A stretch of DNA of 64,000 nucleotides. It comes from Octopus bimaculoides. Its lineage: Eukaryota. Below are positions 1-10,370 of the stretch, one piece after another. The stretch's first letter is position 1. Each line of letters starts with the position of its first letter. The notes under the pieces are model-generated. The model saw nothing but the letters and a program-made list of their open reading frames with translations, was not told the origin of the DNA and did no database searches. The translations under genes and the position numbers were made by a program. Where the stretch lies: NCBI RefSeq assembly GCF_001194135.2, contig NC_068984.1, forward strand, positions 141,227,972 to 141,291,971, read 5' to 3'.

Positions 1-34
<34 letters not shown>
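1..34. repeat. (TG)n microsatellite; many more (TG/CA)n, (TA)n and (TATG)n tracts occur throughout
   Basis: Direct reading. Confidence 0.99.
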
Positions 35-38
<4 letters not shown>

Positions 39-429
39 AATTATATGTTTGTACGACACCCGGAAATCGCGATACACAGATATTGTTTTGAGCTGAGTGG
101 GGGTGCTAGATTCCCTTGTTCGAAAATATAAGGACACAGATCGTGTCGTATAGCCAGCTGGAGACGATGTCTCCTGGTGCTAAATTACAGCAACATTTGT
201 TCTAAACCAGGACTGCCATGTTATGTTGACAAACAATCTTTACTACAAAGAGATTTGTGAGATTTAAAAGTAGTAATTTTCTAATAAAATGAATTGTTTT
301 ATAGAAACGGCTGTAAGAAAATATTGAAATATTTTCTGAAATGACTGAATGGAGGAAACAAATGTGGACAGAGCTTGTGAATCGTCTACAATACCTGTGT
401 ATTGGGTGAGAGAACGACGTAAAAATGAT

Positions 430-478
<49 letters not shown>

Positions 479-599
479 CATTTTTATTGTGAAGAAAGTA
501 ATTTATTCATATGTAAAAGAGAAAAACTGTAGCTTAATGTCGTTGAAGATCGCGTCAAGAAATATATATGAGTCTGTTTATATATATACATAGGAGGGG

Positions 600-652
<53 letters not shown>
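430..652. repeat. (GATA)n at about 430-477 and (GA)n at about 600-650
   Basis: Direct reading. Confidence 0.98.
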
Positions 653-654
<2 letters not shown>

Positions 655-1881
655 GGGGGGCTAACGAAACCGGAAGTTACTCTACTGACAAATGTATTAA
701 TCATCATTGCAGCGATTAAGAAAACAATTGTGTCGGTAAAAGTTTGGAAATACAGCGTTTGGATGCGATTGGGTTGCTATTTTCAGCAAGTCGGGAAACA
801 TCAATTCAGTTAATAGTGTTGCCTTTGCAAAAAAAATATTACATCTACTTTGTATGGCTGATAGGCTATAACTACGTAAGGCTTGTTAAAACCATTTTAA
901 TTGGTTGGTTTGGTCGGCATTTGATACGTCATAAGACAAGCAGCTAAACACCGCTCTAGCAATTTTTACTTTCTGCATCATTTAGATATTTTATTGACTN
1001 NNNNNNNNNNNNNNNNNNNNNNNNNNNNNNNNNNNNNNNNNNNNNNNNNNNNNNNNNNNNNNNNNNNNNNNNNNNNNNNNNNNNNNNNNNNNNNNNNNNN
1101 NNNNNNNNNNNNNNNNNNNNNNNNNNNNNNNNNNNNNNNNNNNNNNNNNNNNNNNNNNNNNNNNNNNNNNNNNNNNNNNNNNNNNNNNNNNNNNNNNNNN
1201 NNNNNNNNNNNNNNNNNNNNNNNNNNNNNNNNNNNNNNNNNNNNNNNNNNNNNNNNNNNNNNNNNNNNNNNNNNNNNNNNNNNNNNNNNNNNNNNNNNNN
1301 NNNNNNNNNNNNNNNNNNNNNNNNNNNNNNNNNNNNNNNNNNNNNNNNNNNNNNNNNNNNNNNNNNNNNNNNNNNNNNNNNNNNNNNNNNNNNNNNNNNN
1401 NNNNNNNNNNNNNNNNNNNNNNNNNNNNNNNNNNNNNNNNNNNNNNNNNNNNNNNNNNNNNNNNNNNNNNNNNNNNNNNNNNNNNNNNNNNNNNNNNNNN
1501 NNNNNNNNNNNNNNNNNNNNNNNNNNNNNNNNNNNNNNNNNNNNNNNNNNNNNNNNNNNNNNNNNNNNNNNNNNNNNNNNNNNNNNNNNNNNNNNNNNNN
1601 NNNNNNNNNNNNNNNNNNNNNNNNNNNNNNNNNNNNNNNNNNNNNNNNNNNNNNNNNNNNNNNNNNNNNNNNNNNNNNNNNNNNNNNNNNNNNNNNNNNN
1701 NNNNNNNNNNNNNNNNNNNNNNNNNNNNNNNNNNNNNNNNNNNNNNNNNNNNNNNNNNNNNNNNNNNNNNNNNNNNNNNNNNNNNNNNNNNNNNNNNNNN
1801 NNNNNNNNNNNNNNNNNNNNNNNNNNNNNNNNNNNNNNNNNNNNNNNNNNNNNNNNNNNNNNNNNNNNNNNNNNNNNNNNN

Positions 1882-1975
<94 letters not shown>
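1882..1975. repeat. Compound (AAC)n(AAT)n microsatellite at a gap edge
   Basis: Direct reading. Confidence 0.98.
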
Positions 1976-1976
<1 letters not shown>

Positions 1977-2732
1977 TTTCTTTTATGTCTCGTCTTATTT
2001 TCAAAGTAGGGCTACTGTCTACCGACCATGCAGCTAAGATCATCTGAATATTTAACTAAGGCGTGAAACGAGAATCTCTGTTCACGTAACATTAAAATTT
2101 TTTTTTTCACATTCGTAGGGCGGGTATATTATGCAATATTATGTTACTATATAAATTTACGTTATGTCTATGTGTACGTGTGTCTATGCTCGTATGTATT
2201 TGTGAGGGTGGGAATGTGTATGTATATTGGAGACATACATACAGAAATCCAGAGGATACGACCTACCGCAACGGAATTTCACATAAAGTAAATCGACCCA
2301 AAGCGCAACATGAGTCTACAGAGATCCTGCACTTTAAAAAATGATTGCAATTGTCTGAATTTTGTCGTAAGGTGGAGTTCCGTCGCGTCAGACAGTAAAG
2401 TAAAGCGATCCATTTTATTAACATGAGTATGCACACATCCAAAGGATTGCGTTCGTGAAAACCTTGTTGTAACGTGAATCATATTTCTCTCTCGGATCCC
2501 ATGTTGTACGACTTCTGTGGAGCATCAAAAATCAATGATACAATAAGTTTCGTGTTACGAAACTCTACGTTACAGCAAAAGCTTCAGGGGAGAAACAAGA
2601 AAGTGTGCTTATTACAATGTCGATATAAAACTTATATAAATTTCTTGCGTTTGACGTGTATGTATGTATGTATGTATGTATGTATGTATATTTATATATA
2701 TGTACGCACATACGAAAGTCTATATATGTGCT

Positions 2733-2764
<32 letters not shown>

Positions 2765-3579
2765 CTTACGTATGCATGTATGAATGAATGAATGTATGTA
2801 TGTATGTATGTATGTATGTATGTATGTATGTATGTATGTATGTATTGGGGCGTGCATGCATGTGTATTGTGTATGTATCTATTTATGTTTGCATGCGTGT
2901 TTGTGTGTGTACGTATGCAAATGAATACGATTACGCAGTAACTCCTCTATGACGTCATCTACGTCATAGATGAATGCCGTCGCCTTCTTAATGATTATTA
3001 TCAATGACATAATTATTAATGTAATAAATACTTTTCATGTTCGGAATTGTTAATCTGGGAATCTTTTTTTCTTTTAACTGAAATGATTTCCTCCCATTTT
3101 ATTACACACGCACGACAAACCCCCTATTCACACTCACACATACACACGCCTTCTCCTTCCACCTCTCTCTCTCTCTCTCGCTCTCTCTCTTTCCCTCTCT
3201 CTGTCTCTAATATATCTTCGACATACTTGCCCGTCTGCCTTCACAGCCCCTACAACAATCTCAACCCCCTTTATGGGAAAGGGGTTAATATATCCCCATT
3301 GACCTCGTTATTTGACTGGTATTTTATATTGTAAATCCCGAAGAAATAAAAGGGAGTTGACCTCGGTGACCCAGAAAGTAAAGAAGCGGGGCAAATTCCT
3401 GCAAGATATTTTTGTCCGACGCTCTAACGACCCTGCCAATTCACGGCCCTTTGTTTCTGCTCTAGGTTTATGGTCAGTGATTCTGGAGAGGAGGAATAAT
3501 TGAGTAATTCGACCCCAGTAATTAACTGGTATTTCCCCACCAGCACACAACTCTTATCCGTTATACTTTTCTTGAATGT

Positions 3580-3906
3580 GAAGGCGCGTAGTTTAGTGGT
3601 TCGGGTACTCGGCTCACAGTCGTAAGGTCGAGAGTTCGATTCCTGGCTGCGCGTTGTGTCCTTGAGCAAGACACTTTTATTTCATGTTGTTCCAGTCCAC
3701 TCAGCTTTCAAAAATGAATGGTACCTGTAATTCAAATATGAACCACCACCTTATCACACTCTGTGCCACGCTGAATCTCCTTGAGAACTAAGTGAAGGGT
3801 GCGCGTGTCTGTGGAGTGTTCAGCCACTTACACGTTAATTTCATGAGCAGGCTGTTCCGTTGATCGGATCAACTGGAACCCCCATCGTCGTAACCGACGG
3901 AGTGCC
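3580..3906 (+). mobile_element. tRNA-derived SINE family B; other copies at 20531-21204 (-) and 23271-23580 (-)
   Basis: Head with A box (tagtttagtgg) and B box (gttcgattc), then ttgtgtccttgagcaagacactt. Shared tail ttgatcggatcaactggaaccc...gtaaccgacggagtgcc. Confidence 0.85.
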
Positions 3907-4039
3907 AGCTGTCGAATAAAGTCAAACGTGAAGAGATATGATGGACTCTGCCAGATTTAAATTTAGCGGCAGACGAAATACCGCTAAGCATTTCACCCGG
4001 CGTACTAACGCTCCTGCCAGCTCGCCACCATAGTGTGAG

Positions 4040-4159
4040 ACGCTCACAGCACCTAGGGTTCCCAAGCGGTAGCCCATCTAAGGACTCACTAGGCTCGACG
4101 TTGCTTAACTTCGGTGATCGGACGAGAACCGATACTTTCAACGTGATATGGCCGTAAGC
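4040..4159 (-). rRNA. Dispersed 5S rRNA copy (variant or pseudogene)
   Basis: GCTTACGGCCATATCACGTTGAAAG...CTCGTCCGATCACCGAAGTTAAGCAACGTCGAGCC...GATGGG...GGGAA...GGTGCTGTGAGC is a full-length 5S that folds into helices I-V. Single copy with no oligo-T terminator. Confidence 0.88.
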
Positions 4160-5144
4160 ATAGAGCCAGAAATATTATCAGAATGTTGTTGATAGTGAGG
4201 AATAAGCTGCGAAAATTGTAAAGTTTAATAACATCAGATATTATACCACCGATTCCAGACAGAAATAAGAACATATTCAACGGGTTTGTCATTTGAAGGC
4301 CAACGTTCGAGTTGCGTGAGTGAAACAAGTTTTAATTTTTTTTTAAATCCTTATTTGTAACGTCTGCTATTGTTGAAGTTAATGATGCTGTTGATACTGG
4401 TGTTGTTTAGTGTGTTGTTGTTGATGTTGTTGTTGATGGTGATGATGACGTCGATTACGAGAAGAAGAATTTAGTTATATTTTATTTTTCTTGTTTCCCT
4501 CCTCTCCTCCCACCAATAACATTCTTGTTATGGGTGTGGGTACATCCGGGTACTCTACTCGGCTGCCGAATTACAATTCATCTTAATTAATCACCAAGGT
4601 GTTTTGTTTTGTTTTTTTCTATTTCTTTTTCCTCCCGCAACGTTTTCCTTTTCTTTCCTGATGACTTTCGAAACAATCTTGGCAAAGACAGAAAAGAAGA
4701 ACAGACGCCTATACACCGATTGCTTCCCTAACCATTATTACCCTTCACCTCCACCTGTGAAAGAAACAAACCTTGTCTCACGCTAAATGCGATAAAAGCT
4801 AAAAGAATAACTGTGACCATGCTGGAGCAGTGCCTTGAAGAGTTTTCTTTTTAAACCTATCAAAGACCAACTCCAGAATCGAATCTACGGTTTAAATTGC
4901 ATTTGGTACTTGTATATCTACAGTATCCTTCCAACACTTGACGTCTTTAATGTTGTATGTCTCACTGTGAACTCTATATTATCGTACTTAGCCATTTCTG
5001 GCATCCTAGATGATTTGCCTAGATTCTATGTCATATACCGCTTTTTTCCATTCATCTCTCCATGAATTATACAGTTTTTTTCTTTCTCTCTTCGTTTTTT
5101 GTTTTTTTTTTTGCATTCTCTTTCCAATTTGTTTCCTCTTAATC

Positions 5145-5180
5145 CTTTCTGTTGAAGAGCATAGGCTCGAAACGTAAAAG
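5145..5180 (+). ncRNA. Minimal hammerhead-ribozyme motif, CUGUUGA core variant
   Basis: cttt-CTGTTGA-A-GAGC(ATAG)GCTC-GAAA-CG-TA-aaag: stem I 4 bp, stem II 4 bp, palindromic ACGU in place of stem III. Confidence 0.6.
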
Positions 5181-5295
5181 ACTTTTCCATTTTTCCCGAG
5201 CGTTAAACTAATACACCTGCCTGTTGTTCCTACACTTGCCTTCGTCTTTTTTTTCTATAAATTTGAACTATGTGTATGTGTGTGTGTGCGTGCGT

Positions 5296-5310
5296 ATAAT
5301 AATAATGATG

Positions 5311-5366
<56 letters not shown>

Positions 5367-5756
5367 CCATGGATGGAATTTATAAATATTTTAATGCATC
5401 ACTACACGCGTTTCCACAAATGACATGCTTCTTACGATCATAGTCCTTATTCCTGTGATGATTATAGTACAGTCCGTAGTATCCATGGACATCTGGTGGA
5501 CCATATTCATGCGTTCATTCCTTCGGATGTGTAACTGGGGGTTGTTTATCAGTTTTGACCAATGAAAAGGTTGACTGGGGTATGTGGGCAATTTTGTGTG
5601 TATTTGGTTGTGGGGGAGTAGAAGGTGATGGAAAGAGAGAATGGAATGGTAATTACAAAGGAAAGGGAGGTGTGCGTGGTGGTGTTAGACTTATTTATTT
5701 TGATATCTGAGTATGCAGATCTCAGGATGAGTAGTATACACTATATTTATCTTACC

Positions 5757-5787
<31 letters not shown>

Positions 5788-5788
5788 A

Positions 5789-5843
<55 letters not shown>
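5296..5843. repeat. (TAA)n at about 5296-5367 and (GATA)n at about 5757-5843
   Basis: Direct reading. Confidence 0.97.
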
Positions 5844-5844
<1 letters not shown>

Positions 5845-7470
5845 GATTTCTACACAACCTCCATCAACCAAATTAGACTCATGGCATACTGGTGAAATCG
5901 AGGCAATGATAGAAACTACTACTCAAATTACCGCGCCGCGGGATCGAACCCGGAACCAAGAGTGCATAAAGCGAACTTCTTTACCTGCGCCTAAGCGTGT
6001 TACTTTGCTGAAACATGCAATATTCTTTCTCCTCACAACAAATCAACACATCTTCATTTCTCTGTTTGTTTATTTAGATCATATTTTATCAATTTGCCGA
6101 CTCACCGCTGAACCTCCTGATAAGACATCTTTTAGCTGTTCCACATCACACCAATCTGCCCCGAGCATATTTCTAACAAGACGTATATTTTGCGATGACT
6201 TCCATTTATCTTCTTTGTTGCTTTATCCGTTTGAATGTCATGGCTCTTTGAAGTTCTCCAAATTGTCTTAACTCTCTATACTTTCATAGATTACTCTAAT
6301 CTGCTTTGTTCATTCTATTTACTACCGTTGATTGATTAAGCTGTTCACTTATCACAGTCACTTCTCCCACGTGACATTCTATCTTTACGTGACATTCTAT
6401 CTTTTAAAATCACGTTTCTTCTTTCTAGCAAATAAAAATAAAGAAAAAGTTCACAGGAATTTCTAGTCGTTTACACCTGTAAAAATATGAATAGGTTGAG
6501 GTGAACACGAATTTAATGGCGCTGTGATAAGACGAAGGTTAACGCTTATAAAATTTTCAGACAACACCTATGTGGCGTGGTGACATGGCGACCGACTGGT
6601 CTCTGTTAAAGGTACCCAAAGGCCAGATTGAGACGTTAAACTAAGAGAAGCATTTTGTCAACTCCCCAACATCAACAACAATGATCTCTTCGCCAACGGC
6701 AGGCTTCCGCATATTTTTCGTCAATCAAATTACTTTTGGGGGGTTTTCGCACATTCGATGTTATGGGAGAAACCGTCTTCAAATACACATTGATAATATA
6801 TAAATATATATTAGCAAACATTAGGTTAGTTAAAATATATTTGTGACACATTTTAACTTATAACTAGCTGAGTATTCCACAGCGACGTATACCCTCATCT
6901 TAATTTTCAATCAGCGTGATACGATGGATGTAGTAGTATCTTGTCTCAATTAAGCATCAAATGTCCCCCCTCCCATCCAAAAGATATTTCAGCAGATGGC
7001 CAATAAAGCTAGGGGATAGATCAGACGACTGTCTTTGATCGTATACAAACTCCCTTAGTGCCTCTGTTCTTGACTGGTCAAAAGTTGTCAAGTTTAATGT
7101 ATGTACAGTCAGTGGNNNNNNNNNNNNNNNNNNNNNNNNNNNNNNNNNNNNNNNNNNNNNNNNNNNNNNNNNNNNNNNNNNNNNNNNNNNNNNNNNNNNN
7201 NNNNNNNNNNNNNNNNNNNNNNNNNNNNNNNGGGGGGGGGGGGGGAGGCATTTTACTTTTACAATATCAGAAGCGCCAGTAAAGGAAAGAATAGTACGAA
7301 GCAGAGTTTCTCACAATGGGCGGTAGCATCGAGGGGGGGGCGTTAGTCTTTAAGAGGCAGTGATGTAACATAATTAGCATACTAAAATTTTTCCTATAGT
7401 AGTAATTATATTAACAAGTAAAGTAACTAATTAGACAATCTCTACAAGAGATGGAAGTAGAAACTATAAT

Positions 7471-7674
7471 GAGAAGTAATGTTTGTGGCCGCTTCAACAT
7501 GGCTTTTCCGTACGAACCGACGTTACTACTGTTTTTAACCCCAAGAGGAAGTCTCCTCTAGCTGGTTATCGATGCAATCTTCATCCGGCATATATTGCAA
7601 GCTGGGATAAAAATGGTGGTAACGTCGATTCGTACGGAACAGCCATGTTGAAATGGCGACAAACGTTACTTGTC
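7471..7674. mobile_element. Fold-back (MITE-like) element with ~70-bp inverted arms
   Basis: ttcaacatggcttttccgtacgaaccgacgttac versus gtaacgtcgattcgtacggaacagccatgttgaa: 2 mismatches in 34 nt, extending with GU pairs and a few mismatches. No clear TSD. Confidence 0.6.
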
Positions 7675-7769
7675 AGTAATTATATTATATACGATAAAAC
7701 AAGTAATGGTAATTAAAATAAAATGAGACCTCATCAGGCAGAGAGAAGTCATTAACTTGTAATGTTTAA

Positions 7770-8060
7770 CCCATTACCTACCAATGATCTCATATGAGAT
7801 CACTTAAAAGTTACAAATTTCGTAATTATCTGTCAATATTTACACATATCTAACCTTTTTGATATATCTACTAGGTATATTTCTCCGATATTCAAATGAG
7901 GTTTGCTAATTTGTCACCCAATATCTCGCTTATTTCTATTTAAAATGTCATTTTGAAATGTTATTCTGATCATTCCAGCGTGTTTCTAAGGCTGTTTTAT
8001 GCTAGAAATCAAAGTTTCATTAAAAAAATTCCAGCTAATAGAATTATGAGAGGTAATGGG
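7770..8060. mobile_element. piggyBac-type MITE, 291 bp
   Basis: TTAA at 7766-7769 and 8061-8064. Perfect 10-bp TIR CCCATTACCT/AGGTAATGGG. No ORF. Confidence 0.8.
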
Positions 8061-8329
8061 TTAAAGTAAATTTACAACTTCTATCTTTATTAATTGTTTA
8101 TCATTTCAATGTTAAAAACTTATAAAATCCATTTTTAGAGGAAAATCTATAAATTATCACCTCAGTCACCACTTTGGTGGGTGCTAGACATAACAGCTAC
8201 TTAAAAGAGTGGGCACTACAAAATAAAGGTTAAGAACCATTGATGTTAAGGAACATAGTTGATAAAAGTTTGACTTAGTTTCACGTTATTTAAAGTTTCA
8301 TGGGCGAAGGAAGCGTTTACATCATCCTA

Positions 8330-8510
8330 CCGTCTTAAAAAGTGAAGGATACATTGAATCTAATAGCCCTGGATATAAATTGGATAATGTGGGCCTAACT
8401 GAAAAAAACAGACGGGACAGTCACGTCCGGAATATGTTTGATAAAGAGGTCTGTTCGATCAGAACTGACCAGAGACTAAACAGCACCAAGTAACATATTT
8501 ATGGAGATAG
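8330..8510 (+). mobile_element. Diverged dispersed repeat family F; related pieces at about 9100-9180, 19040-19229, 40750-40890, 55660-55950, 61060-61440
   Basis: Shared gatcagagctga..(gg)ctaaacaacaac tail and gctgctatttctagc motif. Confidence 0.55.
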
Positions 8511-9687
8511 TCGTGATGACATTGTTAACAGATCAATAACAATAATACCCTATATTGGAATGGAGTCAACCGGTTAATGCGTTTCAGCTCATCAAATGAT
8601 TTGGCAACAATGTGAAGGTCGATAATTTCTTTTGCCTTCTTAAGTAATAAAATATTTATATATAGAAATCTTAAGAATACCAAAATAGACGTGGGAAACT
8701 TAGATTCCAAAAACAATATTGGCTCCAAGCCTAGACTAAAGATAATCCTCACCAAAATCAATAGAGTTTAATCGTTTCAGAATTTTTTATATTTCTTTAT
8801 CCCTGATCTTTAAGTCATTGATTTCCAATTTGGGGCTCAAATGAATCCAACGGTTTGTTTTTAAAATGTTACGGAAACAGTACCACACACCAGCAATTAT
8901 TTCTTGAACATTTCTAGAATATGACCTGAAATATTTTGGTAGGGTAATAGAGATCTATGAATTACTTTATGAATGAATTATTCACATTTTAATGTAAATG
9001 GTATTTAACATAATAAACGGTAATTTAATATCAAACTGTACGCCTCATGAAGGACATATCGGACAAGGTGGTCTTAGATATTCAATGACAGACAAGAAAT
9101 ACGGAAGTGCTTGGCTGGGATATTTTTGATTATAGATCTGGTTGTTTAGAGCTGATCTAAGGCTAACAACTAAGACGACGACGACGACGACGATGACGAT
9201 GACGACGGCAGCTCCCTTATGTTAATAACGTTCGCATATGCCCTTGAGAAGGGGTACAATGCTAAGAATACCCAACACCATTCACCTATCCTTGTACATC
9301 TGATATGTGATGTAGAATATCATTATTCTAAGGGGTTTTTTTGTAATCTAGAAATTCCAATTGTACATCTGTCTATTTTTACTTGACAAGCAGAGGAACA
9401 TATGGGAATAAGTAAATCAAAGATGGCGACTGAAAGGCACAATAGCGTAAAAGTGATTATGTCAGAGAGAGGAGGGCGCTCGCACACTGTTATTTTGGTG
9501 AGGGAACCTTTATTTCTGCGATGGTTCTTTTGGTTCTTGTTTTTGTATTTAGTTTGCTTTCGTTGTTTTGTTTTTTATGCTGTCTGTTTTTTGTTATTGT
9601 TCTTTGTTTAATCCTTGCTGTTGTTATTGTTGTTGTTATTATTATTATTATTATTATTACTATTGTTGTTCTTGTTGTTTCCCCCAG

Positions 9688-9719
<32 letters not shown>

Positions 9720-9845
9720 TTATCCCAATTGCGATTTTCCTCTCAGAAAACGTTATATAGATACTTGATGCTATTTTTGCTTTAATAAGATAGTCAGAAG
9801 AGGAATAGTGTATGTATGTATATATATATATATATATATACATAT

Positions 9846-9876
<31 letters not shown>

Positions 9877-9883
9877 TATATGC

Positions 9884-9914
<31 letters not shown>

Positions 9915-10009
9915 CATATATATATATGCATATACACACATATATATATATATATATACATACACACATACACATACACACACACATATATATATATCTT
10001 TATATAAAC

Positions 10010-10042
<33 letters not shown>

Positions 10043-10057
10043 AAGAGAGACAGACAG

Positions 10058-10370
10058 ACTGACCATAGGATTGCACCTAGAAAGTTACCCTCCAAGGCAC
10101 AAGTCCAGGCAAGGTTGTTTACGGAAGACCAGCAGTCGCCATGCATACCAGCCTCCCCTCACCACGCCACCAGTGTTATCCAAGGAAAGGGCAATGGCTG
10201 ATGCAGCTTGGCACCTGTGACGTCGCAACTCATTTCTACAGCTGAGTGAACGGAGCAACGTGAAATAAAGTGTCTTGCTCAAGAACACAACACGCAGCCC
10301 GGTCCGGGATTCGAACTCACAACCTCGCGATCGTAAGCTCGACGCTCTAACCACTGAGCCATGCGCCTTC
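10058..10370 (-). mobile_element. tRNA-derived SINE family A; copy at 14383-14708 (+), related element at 12361-12640 (+)
   Basis: gaaggcgcatggctcagtggttagagcg...gttcgaatc head. The body ending ttctaggtgcaatcc(t/c)atggtc is shared between copies. Confidence 0.85.

Noticed and set aside
2950-2957. Perfect CRE palindromes TGACGTCA here and at 20174
   Set aside because: Eight-base matches with no identified neighbouring transcription start; unsupported as regulatory sites.
4658-4680. CTGATGA-CTTTC-GAAAC hammerhead-like string
   Set aside because: Stem II cannot form in CTTTC and no stem I pairs; chance match.
5391-5591. Unique-looking stretch with peptide-like frames on both strands
   Set aside because: The frames are short or stop-interrupted, there is no consistent splice pair, and no family is recognised.
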